Shown piece by piece: positions 25,041-33,859 of a stretch of DNA of 35,088 nt (the stretch's first letter is position 1; each line of letters starts with the position of its first letter). The notes beneath the pieces are model-generated. The model did no database searches. It was not told the DNA's origin and was given only the letters and a program-made list of their open reading frames with translations. This DNA is from Nanobdellota archaeon. Its GTDB lineage: Archaea; Nanobdellota; Nanobdellia; Woesearchaeales; JAHIVG01. The stretch spans positions 1 to 35,088 of the forward strand of contig JBDRLS010000037.1 of assembly GCA_043812875.1 (NCBI GenBank), in the 5' to 3' direction. The position numbers were made by a program, and so were the translations under genes.

Positions 25041-25454
25041 TTGAACGCCACTGAACCAGAAATCCCTCTTGAGATTCTTGCACAGGAATTATTTCCTAAT
25101 CCGACTCCATTACAGCGAGAATTAGTCGCTCATGCGAAGTCAGTCGAACCATTGAAAGACCATTGGGTTGGAAATGACCAGACGGAAAGGCGTTTCAGCG
25201 CCGAATCTAAGAGAGAGGGAGTGGTATACATCCTTCAATGCTACGGCTGGAATACAGACGGCAACCTTTACATCCATAATGATAATTACGGTACACCACC
25301 CGCAGTCATCAATTCAACAGGTGGAACATTTACATTGGTCGACAATGGCACGAAGGGACCTGCATTGGAAGATGCACCGGCAATCTTGGAAGTGTTGAAA
25401 CCATTGGAGTCTTGGAAAAAGCTGTTTGAAGAGTTTAGACATCTTCTGCGTTAA
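25041..25454 (+). CDS. Hypothetical protein, tandem paralog 2 (TTG start)
   Basis: 137 aa with the same motif architecture as 24517..24939. No in-frame ATG lies near the 5' end. Confidence 0.5.
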   Translation: MNATEPEIPLEILAQELFPNPTPLQRELVAHAKSVEPLKDHWVGNDQTERRFSAESKREGVVYILQCYGWNTDGNLYIHNDNYGTPPAVINSTGGTFTLVDNGTKGPALEDAPAILEVLKPLESWKKLFEEFRHLLR

Positions 25455-25461
25455 AGAAAAG

Positions 25462-25472
25462 CTTTATAAATT
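25462..25472 (+). promoter_or_regulatory. TATA box for the pilin-like gene 25493..26065
   Basis: ctttataaatt is centred about 26 nt upstream of the ATG at 25493. Confidence 0.45.
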
Positions 25473-25492
25473 CCATGCTTGAATGAATATCC

Positions 25493-26065
25493 ATGAAAAG
25501 AGGCGCTATTGAGCTGTCGATGAACTTCATCGTCATGCTGATCATCGGCATCGCAGTCCTCGGCTTCGGTTTCTGGTTCGCGAACAAGATCTTCTTCGCT
25601 GCAAATACGCAGGCAGTGACCATGGACAACCAGCTCCAGGCAGATATCGAGCGCATGCTCATCGACCCGTCAAAGCTTGTTGCGATCCCATACACAAAAA
25701 AGAAGATCGCCCGCGGCGACATGCAGGTGTTCGGCGTCGGGGTTGTGAATACGCTGAATACTGAAGGGGAAGCTGATAATTTTTATCTGAAAGTTGAACA
25801 TTATAAAGCCTATGATACTGAACAAAATGAAATAGAACAAGGAGATATAAATCCAATAGATGAATGGGTAACCACAACATTTACATTAGATGCACCAGTT
25901 AGCATACCCAAGAATGAACGAAAGCTCTTTGCCATCGGCTTCAATCCACCAAAAACTGCTGTTTCCGGAACTTACACCTTTAAGCTCTTTGTTGAAAGAA
26001 TGGATGGAACTGAAAGAAAAGCCTACGACTGGGACAACTATCTCCTCTATGTCGAAGTGCCTTAG
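25493..26065 (+). CDS. Archaeal type IV pilin-like protein (class III signal peptide), paralog of 21441..21998
   Basis: 190 aa. MKRG/AIELSMNFIVMLIIGIAVLGFGFWF is followed by a beta-rich domain with ...PPKTAVSGTYTFKLFV. Confidence 0.6.
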   Translation: MKRGAIELSMNFIVMLIIGIAVLGFGFWFANKIFFAANTQAVTMDNQLQADIERMLIDPSKLVAIPYTKKKIARGDMQVFGVGVVNTLNTEGEADNFYLKVEHYKAYDTEQNEIEQGDINPIDEWVTTTFTLDAPVSIPKNERKLFAIGFNPPKTAVSGTYTFKLFVERMDGTERKAYDWDNYLLYVEVP

Positions 26066-26661
26066 TCCTTGCGCGCGAAGATGTTGATCCAGTTCGTGTC
26101 CTTATTGTCACGGTCGATATAATTCGTCATGATCGTGAAGCCTGCTTCCTCGACGTATTGCTCAAGCTCTTGTTGATGATAGAAAGAATATTTGACTTTG
26201 TGCGGTTTCAAGAACCGATGGGGGACAAGCTTCTCTCCCTCCCCTTCTTTTGCACTGACAAATAATATGCCTTTCTTCTTGAGGACACGAAAGCACTCAC
26301 CTAAAAGGACTGGCAGTTTTCTCTTCGGCGTGAATATCACCGAAGCATTCGCCCAGATGCCATGAAAGCTGTTATCCTTAAAACTCATATTGAGCGCATC
26401 CATCTGCATGACCTTCCCCCGGGATTTAGCCCTTTGAAGAAGATTGAAAGACGCGTCGATGCCTACAGCGTTTATTCCCTCCTGCCTGAAGTATTCCAAA
26501 TCTCGACCGATGGCACAGCCGACATCAAGAACTTTTTTCCCAGACAAGAACGTGATGAACTGATTCAATTGATACTGCAGGATCAGAGGATAGGTCGCTC
26601 GCTCATACACCTCAGGATCAGAGTCAAAAACCTTGACAACAGACCTAAGCTGGCGTCTCAT
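26062..26661 (-). CDS. Class I SAM-dependent methyltransferase
   Basis: VLDVGCAIGRDLEYF (motif I), GIDAS, and FHGIWANASVIF. I trimmed the tracked ORF (to 26922) to the ATG at 26661 (MRRQLRSV...). The upstream 87 codons overlap tpiA in another frame and look Arg/Ser-rich and non-coding. Confidence 0.8.
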   Translation of the reverse strand: MRRQLRSVVKVFDSDPEVYERATYPLILQYQLNQFITFLSGKKVLDVGCAIGRDLEYFRQEGINAVGIDASFNLLQRAKSRGKVMQMDALNMSFKDNSFHGIWANASVIFTPKRKLPVLLGECFRVLKKKGILFVSAKEGEGEKLVPHRFLKPHKVKYSFYHQQELEQYVEEAGFTIMTNYIDRDNKDTNWINIFARKD

Positions 26662-27409
26662 AGTTGACAATCCGGATGAATTTCTTAGCGTCGAGACTTG
26701 CGCCGCCGGGCAATACGCCGTCAACATCCTTCTTCGCCATGAGCGCATCAATGTTTTCAGGCTTGACGCTCCCGCCGTAGATGATGCGCACCTTCTGTCC
26801 GACCTCCTTGTCATAAAGCCTGGAAATGAAGGAACGGATGCTCCTATGCGCGGCCTCAGCGTCCTCTGGCGTTGCCGCCTTATGGTCCGGGTCCCCTCTG
26901 CTGATGGCCCAGATGGGCTCATAGGCGATGACCGAGCTGAGGATCCCGCTCTTGGTGATGCCCTTCAATCCTTCACGAAGCTGACGTTCCAACACCTTGT
27001 CCGTGATGTGGCTGCCTTTCTCGTGGGCAGTTTCCCCGATGCACAAGATCGGAGTGAAGTGATAGTCAAGGGCAAGCTTCATCTTCCGATTGATCATGGC
27101 ATTTGTCTCCCCGAAAAACGTACGCCGCTCAGAATGGCCGAGTAGGATATGGCTCACCCCTACTTCTTTCAGCATCAAGGGGGATATTTCTCCGGTGTAG
27201 GCGCCGCTCTCCTCAAAATACATGTTCTGCGCCCCGAGCTTGATCAGGCTTTTCTTGATCACCGCAGAGACCGCAGGAAGCGAGACATAAGGGGGGCAGA
27301 CCACCACTTCATGCCTGCTCTGCAGTCCGAGGAGCGCCTTGGCCAGTTCCTTCGCCTGCGCCGGTGACTTATACATTTTCCAATTGCCTACAAATATCTT
27401 TTTTCTCAT
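26645..27409 (-). CDS. tpiA: Triosephosphate isomerase, bacterial/eukaryotic-type (about 254 aa)
   Basis: From the ATG at 27409: MRKKIFVGNWKMY, GAYTGEIS, GHSERR, CIGE, AYEPIWAI and YGGSV. The start overlaps the stop of the upstream surface-protein gene (ATGA at 27406-27409). Confidence 0.9.
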   Translation of the reverse strand: MRKKIFVGNWKMYKSPAQAKELAKALLGLQSRHEVVVCPPYVSLPAVSAVIKKSLIKLGAQNMYFEESGAYTGEISPLMLKEVGVSHILLGHSERRTFFGETNAMINRKMKLALDYHFTPILCIGETAHEKGSHITDKVLERQLREGLKGITKSGILSSVIAYEPIWAISRGDPDHKAATPEDAEAAHRSIRSFISRLYDKEVGQKVRIIYGGSVKPENIDALMAKKDVDGVLPGGASLDAKKFIRIVNYETPA

Positions 27410-28620
27410 GGTGATCTCCTCCTGACTGAATGGACCTCGATGGTCGATGATGGATTTGCTCTGAAGAAAAAACGGAGAAGGATCATGATCAAAAACAATC
27501 CGAGAAGGACACCGAGGATGAGCCACATGCGATTGCCCTTTTCTTTTGGAGAGACAACGGTCACAGGCTGGGTCGCTGAGAGCAAGGTCTTTTCCCCTGC
27601 CATGACTTCTATCGTCACCTCTTGCGGGCCATCCATCCCGGGAAGAGGCTTCATATGAAGCTGGACATCATGTTCAGCGCCGCTGTCAATGAGGATGACA
27701 CTCGGTTGAGATGAGGTGAGCTCAGCCCACGGGGCTGTCGTCTTTATGATGAACCGGACAGGGACTGCTGAAGGGTTGCGGAGATAGAGGCTGATAGTCT
27801 CCCCGCCGGGAGGGACAAAGCTAACTGAAGAGACCAGCACTGCTTCGGGCTCTTCGATGACCTGGCTCCGTCTTATGTCCAGGGCGATGGGAAAGGTCCA
27901 TGACTTGGAGAGGGAGTGGACAGCGATGGCAAAGCTTCTGATCCCGGAGGGGATATCCTCTCGAAGCGTGATGCTCATCAGATAGGTATTCTTGTCTCCA
28001 GCAGCCACCCGCGGTTTTTCCTCTTCAAAGACCGCTGTCCCGAAGTCCATGCCCTGCACAGACAAAGCATAGGGCAGGGTCTCCTGCCCTTGGTTAGTGA
28101 TGATGATGGGAATGCTTATTGTCCCTCCAGGAATCGTTCTTGTCGAGAATGATCCGAGGATCACCTCATCTCGAGGACGAGCAATGATGGCCAGCTCGCC
28201 AAAAGCGGGAGAGACATTGAAGTGATGATAACTTCCCATATAGCCCGCATAGGTGAACGGCAGGGGCGTCCCGTCTTGGATGACCACGATATCATTTTCC
28301 ACAAGATTATGCTCTTTGAGAAAGCTGTCCAAGACCCTGATGGTCAAAAGGAGCTTGGTGTCATAGGAATCTAATGACGACCTGATCGTGAGCGTCTGAT
28401 AGAGGAGCTCATCAATTGAAAGCGTAGAGGCTGTTGTCACGCGGACTGAGGCATATCCCTCAAAATCACTCCTGATGTTCAGTTCAGAAAAAGGAAGCTC
28501 AAAGGAATCTGCGGAAAATACCACAGGATCCCCATCGAAAAAGAATTCATGGTTCTGCTCAGCAGCGCCTACCGGGGCCGCAGCCAGGATTAACAGGATC
28601 AACCATATCATGCTGAACAT
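27406..28620 (-). CDS. Hypothetical cell-surface protein (signal peptide, beta-rich ectodomain, C-terminal TM anchor)
   Basis: 404 aa. Signal MFSMIWLILLILAAAPVGAAE, repeated beta-rich segments (for example PIIITNQGQETLPYALSV, CARDB/NEW3-like), and a C-terminal WLILGVLLGLFLIMILL anchor. Confidence 0.6.
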   Translation of the reverse strand: MFSMIWLILLILAAAPVGAAEQNHEFFFDGDPVVFSADSFELPFSELNIRSDFEGYASVRVTTASTLSIDELLYQTLTIRSSLDSYDTKLLLTIRVLDSFLKEHNLVENDIVVIQDGTPLPFTYAGYMGSYHHFNVSPAFGELAIIARPRDEVILGSFSTRTIPGGTISIPIIITNQGQETLPYALSVQGMDFGTAVFEEEKPRVAAGDKNTYLMSITLREDIPSGIRSFAIAVHSLSKSWTFPIALDIRRSQVIEEPEAVLVSSVSFVPPGGETISLYLRNPSAVPVRFIIKTTAPWAELTSSQPSVILIDSGAEHDVQLHMKPLPGMDGPQEVTIEVMAGEKTLLSATQPVTVVSPKEKGNRMWLILGVLLGLFLIMILLRFFFRANPSSTIEVHSVRRRSP

Positions 28621-28767
28621 GGGGGGAAGCGGCTTTTTATTGGTTTTGGTTTTACAGGCGTTGTCCTAAGAAGAACACCCATCTTGGCCCGACTACCAAT
28701 AGGATAGTGCAGGGGATAAAAGGCCGAAGTGGACCTGATCCAGGATATGGCGTTTTTACCGGCATCA

Positions 28768-29490
28768 TCAGACGGAGCTGTGCTCTTGCCACAATGGACC
28801 TGAACGAGAGAGGAGAACACCGCATATGAGCGCGAATATGGCGGCTGCTGCAGAAGTTATCATGATTCGCTCACCCATCTGCTGGAAGAAATATTGAGGA
28901 AACAGCTGTATCATGTTGGTGTCCTGTGAAAATGCGAAGTTCCCTTGAGGAAAGAAGAGGACATGGAAGTAATAGAACGTGCTGCTGAAGTTCTCAAAGG
29001 CGACAAAGGCGATGCCTCCAAAGAGCAGCATTGCTATCGATGAGATGGTCAATGCCATGCCGAGGTATTTGAAGCCGTAGGACACCCAATATGTTTTCAT
29101 CTCCATGTAGGATAAGACAAAGAGCAGCGCGACGGCCAGGAGGAGGAACAGGATGCTTATCCGGAGAAAGTTTTTCCCGTTGAGCATATGCGCCCTCACA
29201 TCGGTGAAATGGGCAACCTCATCCTCGCCAAAAAAATCAGGGGGGGTATCGAGTGCCGCATGTGACCTCGTTCCCAAGAATGAGAGCAGTTCTGAGGTGA
29301 TGTCATTGATCGCTTGCCGATCGTATCCCTGTTCCAAGAAGGATCCATATATTCCGGATCCATAATGCCGCTCATAGACACTGGATGAAAAGATCCAGGC
29401 ATGGGCAGAGCCGAGCAATAAAACAAGGGGCAGAAAGATGGCAATGAGGACGATGGCTGGCCACAGCTTAGTCATTGTGTCCTTCCCCAT
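28768..29490 (-). CDS. Integral membrane protein, DUF1461/TIGR01906-like
   Basis: 240 aa. One N-terminal TM, a loop with FFGEDEVAHFTDVRAHM (E..H..DV motif), then three or more TM helices. The family call is tentative. Confidence 0.5.
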   Translation of the reverse strand: MGKDTMTKLWPAIVLIAIFLPLVLLLGSAHAWIFSSSVYERHYGSGIYGSFLEQGYDRQAINDITSELLSFLGTRSHAALDTPPDFFGEDEVAHFTDVRAHMLNGKNFLRISILFLLLAVALLFVLSYMEMKTYWVSYGFKYLGMALTISSIAMLLFGGIAFVAFENFSSTFYYFHVLFFPQGNFAFSQDTNMIQLFPQYFFQQMGERIMITSAAAAIFALICGVLLSRSGPLWQEHSSV

Positions 29491-29890
29491 CCTTAGCTTT
29501 CTTGTTGAATGCTTTAGAGATTATTTCCTCGACTGAACGCCGCCGAGGAGCATGTTGATCTTGAGGAGGCATATCCATGTCAGGGGCGTGGCTTTGGAAC
29601 CAGGGTGTGTCTTCCGGTTCCTCTTGTGCCTTTTTTTCCTCTTCCTGGAGCAGCTCCTCAAAGGCAGAGTCCTTCTCATCCTTCGTCTCGTCATCCTCAC
29701 CAGCGCCAGTATGATAGACTTTATCATCCCCATGAGGATTGTACTCATGCTGAGGGTCATAAGACCGCTCTTTCTTGCCCTGACCGTGATAGTGGTCTTT
29801 CTCCAGAAGGTCTTCTGTGCCTGCGTGGGCCCCGTACTTCTTGGCCTCATATCCAGGATGATGCTCCTCTCCTTGGGGGGGATTGTACAT
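29468..29890 (-). CDS. Hypothetical acidic, His/Glu/Asp/Lys-rich low-complexity protein
   Basis: 140 aa with no hydrophobic core, so predicted disordered. It overlaps the downstream gene by 23 nt. Confidence 0.4.
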   Translation of the reverse strand: MYNPPQGEEHHPGYEAKKYGAHAGTEDLLEKDHYHGQGKKERSYDPQHEYNPHGDDKVYHTGAGEDDETKDEKDSAFEELLQEEEKKAQEEPEDTPWFQSHAPDMDMPPQDQHAPRRRSVEEIISKAFNKKAKDGEGHND

Positions 29891-29932
29891 GCGCTGTGAT
29901 GGACATCCTGTCTTTAAAAACCTATCCGATGC

Positions 29933-31225
29933 CTAGTGCTGGCTGAGGTCATAGGCTTCCCGGATACGCTTCTGGACAAGGTCATCAGCGCTTGCCTCAG
30001 CGACGATGACTAGCATGCCCCATTCGGTCTGCGATGGCCTCAGCCAGAGAAACCCGTCGTCAAACAGTATCTTGAGCGATGTCTGCTGTGAGCGCTGAGG
30101 ATGATCAGCATAATGCTTTCTCAGCACCTTGACAGCACGGGAAGGATGAGGGACAGCAAAAAGGGCTTTTCGATAGTGCTTTCGGGGGAGGGTCCTCAGC
30201 CATTCCTTCAATGACCGCTGCTGCATGGCCTGCATCAATCCCAGGAGGCTGCGGAATCCATCCCGGGTCTTTCCTGGGGGGAAGATGACACCTCCGCTGC
30301 TCCCCTCGCCGCCGATGACCGCATGATGCCGAGCGATGCCCTCCACCACATTCCGCTCTCCCACTTCCACTTCGACTATCTTTGCGCCGATGGAAGCGCA
30401 AACTTCATGCACCATATGGGAGGTTGCATCATTGACGACCAACGTGTCGCCTTCTTCAAGCATGGTGTGGGCGAGTATGCCTAAGGCATCATTCCCTGTC
30501 AGACAGATGCCTTCTTTTGTCAAGAATTCAACCCGGTCAGCGTCACAGTCGAATGCTGCTGCAACATCACATCCAAGCTTCTTGAGCTCTTTCTCAAGGG
30601 GGGATAATGATAAGGGATTCGGTTCGATGTCCCGCCAAAAGCCGCCTTGCGTCGAGTGGTGCATCTTGAACGGCATGCCGCTATCCTTGATGAGCTGAAC
30701 TGCTGCGCCGCCATTGGGATCGGCGAGAATCTTGCCTGCGAGGGGTTTGACTTCTTCGATGAGGGCTGATACCGACTTGAGATAGCTTGATATCGCGTCT
30801 TTGCACGTGACAGGAAACGTGTTCGTGCGCGGTTTCAATGTCCGAGCCCATGCCTTCATCTTCGCTGCATCCTTCTCTGCGATGATCGCCCCATCCGGGC
30901 CGAGGAGCTTCCAGCCGTTGAAGTCTATAGGATTATGAGAGGCGGTGATCATGATGCCCCCGGCCGACTTCTCTTGGACAACGGCATGGCTGACGACTGG
31001 AGTCGGGGCAACACCGACGCTGATGATTTCCCGGTCCATGTGTTGGCTAAATAGTTTGTGGATCTCAGGCCCAGAATGCCTGGAGTCCATGCCGATGACA
31101 ATCGGCCCTTTGCCGAGCAATGCATCTAATGCCGCAGCATAGCCGAGGATGAGCTCTCGGGTGATCTCTTCGCCATAGATCCCCCTTACTCCTGAGATGG
31201 TTTCGACGAGCATATGAGAACGCAT
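29933..31225 (-). CDS. Phosphoglucomutase/phosphomannomutase-family enzyme (phosphoglucosamine mutase-like)
   Basis: 430 aa with GVRGIYG, the active-site loop ITASHNPIDFNGWK, the metal loop FDCDADR, and GGEGSSG. Confidence 0.9.
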   Translation of the reverse strand: MRSHMLVETISGVRGIYGEEITRELILGYAAALDALLGKGPIVIGMDSRHSGPEIHKLFSQHMDREIISVGVAPTPVVSHAVVQEKSAGGIMITASHNPIDFNGWKLLGPDGAIIAEKDAAKMKAWARTLKPRTNTFPVTCKDAISSYLKSVSALIEEVKPLAGKILADPNGGAAVQLIKDSGMPFKMHHSTQGGFWRDIEPNPLSLSPLEKELKKLGCDVAAAFDCDADRVEFLTKEGICLTGNDALGILAHTMLEEGDTLVVNDATSHMVHEVCASIGAKIVEVEVGERNVVEGIARHHAVIGGEGSSGGVIFPPGKTRDGFRSLLGLMQAMQQRSLKEWLRTLPRKHYRKALFAVPHPSRAVKVLRKHYADHPQRSQQTSLKILFDDGFLWLRPSQTEWGMLVIVAEASADDLVQKRIREAYDLSQH

Positions 31226-31322
31226 TCATCCAAGTTTATAAGCTTTATCGCAAAATCGGCTCCGATCGGATATCAGCCATCGAACCAAAACCTATAAAAA
31301 CCTCCATCACTTCAGCATAGCC

Positions 31323-31643
31323 ATGACAGCAAAAGAGGACACCCTTGAATTGGGGGGGAACATCAGGCTTGTCGGTTTCCGTGAGCTGGACAGCTCTACG
31401 CTGATCGTCCTTAAGAAGATCGTGGGCAACACGGTGAAGAGATTCTCAGAGAAGACAACCATAACAGAGCTCGCATTGGTCATGAAGAGAGTGCACGAAC
31501 GCGAGAAGAGCGAGATCTATGAGTTGAAGGCCAATCTCATTTGCAAAGGGAAGAATTATGCCGCTGCAATCGATGACAGGAACTTGTTCTTTGCAGTCGA
31601 CAAAGTCATGAAGAAGCTCGAGGCCGAAGCATTCGGGAAGTGA
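31323..31643 (+). CDS. Possible ribosome hibernation factor-like protein (RaiA/HPF, S30AE family), tentative
   Basis: 106 aa with a beta-alpha-beta-beta-beta-alpha pattern. The C-terminal ...KGKNYAAAIDDRNLFFAVDKVMKKLEAEAFGK resembles the HPF ...A...D.Y.AID...DKLERQL.K helix. Confidence 0.35.
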   Translation: MTAKEDTLELGGNIRLVGFRELDSSTLIVLKKIVGNTVKRFSEKTTITELALVMKRVHEREKSEIYELKANLICKGKNYAAAIDDRNLFFAVDKVMKKLEAEAFGK

Positions 31644-31644
31644 C

Positions 31645-32313
31645 ATGATCATGGAAGCGATAATATTTGATTTAGACAATACGCTCATCGACTTCATGAA
31701 GATGAAGCGCTTAAGTTCAGAGGAAGCCATCTCTGCCATGATCGACGCCGGCCTGCCGATGGAAAAAGAGAAGGCAGTGAAGATCCTCTTCGACATGTAT
31801 CAGAAGCATGGTTTCGAGAACCAGAAGATCTTCCAGTTCTTCCTCAATGAGACACAAGGCAAGGTCGACATGCGCATCCTCGCCTCAGGTGTCGTCGCCT
31901 ATCGAAGGATCAAGGCAAGTTTCCTTGAGCCATACCCCCACACACTCTCCACGCTGCTCAAGCTCAAGCTGAAGGGCATCAAGCTCGCTGTCCTCACCGA
32001 TGCGCCGCGACTAGAGGCGTACACCAGGATCGCTGCAGCCAAGCTCTTCCCATTCTTTGACGTCATCCTCACTGCAGACGATACCAAGGCGAAGAAGCCG
32101 AGCACCCGTCCCTTTCTTATTGCATTGGACAGATTAAAGACCGTTCCTGAGAAGACCCTCATGGTAGGTGATTGGTATGACAAGGACATCATCGGAGCGC
32201 ATAGGGTCGGCATGAAGACAGCATTCGCGCAGTACGGGACCCACCATAAGCCAGGCAAGACGGATTACATCCTGAAATCCATCAAGGACCTCCTGGTGAT
32301 CATGCATGCTTGA
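31645..32313 (+). CDS. HAD-superfamily hydrolase (subfamily IA-like)
   Basis: 222 aa with IIFDLDNTLIDF (motif I DxD), LTDAPR (motif II), KAKKPS (motif III Lys), and GDWYDKDI (motif IV). Confidence 0.85.
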   Translation: MIMEAIIFDLDNTLIDFMKMKRLSSEEAISAMIDAGLPMEKEKAVKILFDMYQKHGFENQKIFQFFLNETQGKVDMRILASGVVAYRRIKASFLEPYPHTLSTLLKLKLKGIKLAVLTDAPRLEAYTRIAAAKLFPFFDVILTADDTKAKKPSTRPFLIALDRLKTVPEKTLMVGDWYDKDIIGAHRVGMKTAFAQYGTHHKPGKTDYILKSIKDLLVIMHA

Positions 32314-32542
32314 GAAACTCCATTCCATCGGCTTAGGCATCATCGTCCTCGGAGTGTTTGTCATGATTTTGGCCGTGTTATTCTCTGGAGGAAACAAAGC
32401 AGACACCAAGGCGGCTGTCGTCGGCTTCATAGGTCCAATTCCTTTTGGTTTTGGGAATGATAAAGCGATCATGTTTGCTGCGATCGCCGTCACAGTGCTG
32501 TTCTTCATCGGCTGGCTGATCGTGCAGGTTAAGATTAGATGA
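32306..32542 (+). CDS. Small membrane protein, DUF131/TIGR00304-like
   Basis: 78 aa with two TM helices flanking VVGFIGPIPFGFGND. It overlaps the HAD gene by 8 nt. Confidence 0.55.
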   Translation: MLEKLHSIGLGIIVLGVFVMILAVLFSGGNKADTKAAVVGFIGPIPFGFGNDKAIMFAAIAVTVLFFIGWLIVQVKIR

Positions 32543-32602
32543 ATTCTGAAGTAGGGATGATTGACAGCAACATTTTAATGCAGCTAATCATTCCCCCTTT
32601 CC

Positions 32603-33439
32603 ATGAAGGAAGAATGGACTGAACACCTAGATGGGGATTTATTGCTAGAGACACTACTGCACGAAGAATTTGCGAAACGAGTCGAGGCATCATTAGCGAA
32701 GACTAGAGAGATGAAGAGAGAAACAATAACGGATGTGCAATATGTGCTCGGCACAGGGAGCAGAATCTATGAAACAGTTCATGTCTGTAGTGAGATGTCC
32801 AGTGAAGTGCCGGACCATATCAGGCTACTAAACAAAGACATATTTAATGATGAAATAAGGAAAAAATGCCGAAAGATAGGTAGAACTTATAGGGTGGAAT
32901 TCCCTTCAGATGACGAAATCATACCGCCTTGTGAACTCAATGATGAGTCTATCTATCTTCAAGTCATAGGGATGTACACCCATGTCGGCTGCACAATGAC
33001 TGAAAGAATGATGGCGAATGAACCTTGGAGAACCCACCTATGGATGAGTTATGATGACTTAGAACGTTCATTGGATCATTATTGGAATGGACCACTATTA
33101 GATGTGGGAAAGACTAAGCTCACGTTTCCAGGATTCCGACCTATTGAAATAATTCTTGCAGTTGATGATATTACCAAACGCCCGATCCTTATATTATACC
33201 AGGCATTACCTGGAGTGACCGAGGTTCGGATGACTGAAGAGGAATTCTATCAGAAGAGAAATCTTGCTGATAGAGTAACAACACTGAATCCCCAACCCTT
33301 CAAAGACTTTTATTGCCGGGCCGGCTTCCGAGCATATAGAGCTTTTTATCCGTTCACGCGAACAGCGCAGAAAGAAATAAGAAAGTTCGGACATTCATTC
33401 AAGGTCATCAAGGAGGTCAACGATGCAGCTCTCATCTGA
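32603..33439 (+). CDS. Hypothetical protein
   Basis: 278-aa ORF with coding-like composition and lower GC than core genes. No recognisable motif. Confidence 0.5.
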   Translation: MKEEWTEHLDGDLLLETLLHEEFAKRVEASLAKTREMKRETITDVQYVLGTGSRIYETVHVCSEMSSEVPDHIRLLNKDIFNDEIRKKCRKIGRTYRVEFPSDDEIIPPCELNDESIYLQVIGMYTHVGCTMTERMMANEPWRTHLWMSYDDLERSLDHYWNGPLLDVGKTKLTFPGFRPIEIILAVDDITKRPILILYQALPGVTEVRMTEEEFYQKRNLADRVTTLNPQPFKDFYCRAGFRAYRAFYPFTRTAQKEIRKFGHSFKVIKEVNDAALI

Positions 33440-33656
33440 AGGCATGATCACTGTCATCGTCAAGCCCAATGCCAAGAAGACAGAACTCTTAGGCTATGAT
33501 GAGGCAAGGCAAGCATACAAGATCGCGGTCAAGGCGCCTCCAGAGGGAGGGAAAGCCAATTCAGAACTTCTGAGATTTATCAAGAAAGAGACTGGGAAAG
33601 CAGCGGTCATTGTCCGAGGAAAGACGAACAGGACAAAACAAGTGAGACTAGGCTGA
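33423..33656 (+). CDS. DUF167 (YggU/UPF0235) family protein
   Basis: 77 aa. ITVIVKPNAKKTELLGYD....KIAVKAPPEGGKANSELLRFI is the canonical DUF167 pattern. An alternative start is Met8 at 33444. Confidence 0.85.
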   Translation: MQLSSEGMITVIVKPNAKKTELLGYDEARQAYKIAVKAPPEGGKANSELLRFIKKETGKAAVIVRGKTNRTKQVRLG

Positions 33657-33660
33657 ACCC

Positions 33661-33838
33661 TACATCAAGGATTTTTTCCAGAAAAGCTCCAACAACCTCA
33701 ACTGGATCAGGGTGTATGCCTCCGTCTTCAATATGTAAATTGAGGTCCCCCGCTTTAACAGGGCATAGCGTGCCGTTAAACCATTACCATAGACGATAAT
33801 GTGGAAAAGAATAGATTCATGTCACGTTCGATTTAATA
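33661..33838 (+). pseudogene. Possible degraded 3' remnant of an IS630-family transposase gene
   Basis: Broken frames read ...IKDFFQKSSNNLNWIRVYASVFNM*IEVPRFN... then, after a frameshift, ...TITIDDNVEKNRFMSRSI*. Compare the intact copy: IQKLFEEF...YLPPYSPELNPIETCW...FITIDDMQDAL...NFMRYLCR*. The similarity is weak, at protein level, judged by eye. Confidence 0.3.
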
Positions 33839-33859
33839 ACTATCACACAGAAAAGAATA

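Noticed and set aside
26662-26922. N-terminal 87-codon extension of the methyltransferase ORF (26062..26922).
   Set aside because: It overlaps the 3' end of tpiA in another frame. Its sequence (MSPSGPSAEGTRTIRRQRQRTLRPRIG...) is low-complexity and Arg-rich. An internal ATG at 26661 sits just before the Rossmann-fold motif I region.
27410-27526. N-terminal 39-codon extension of tpiA in the ORF track (26645..27526).
   Set aside because: TPI family proteins begin a few residues before the (F/V)GNWK motif. The extension overlaps the C-terminal TM anchor of the upstream gene, and the ATG at 27409 forms an ATGA coupling with that gene's stop.
28621-28767. Possible ncRNA in the 147-bp gap between the surface-protein gene and the DUF1461-like gene (tracked ORF 28608..28820).
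   Set aside because: I could see only weak, short hairpins and TATA-like or A-rich promoter elements for the 27406..28620 operon. There is no tRNA-like or other recognisable RNA signature, and the ORF looks spurious.
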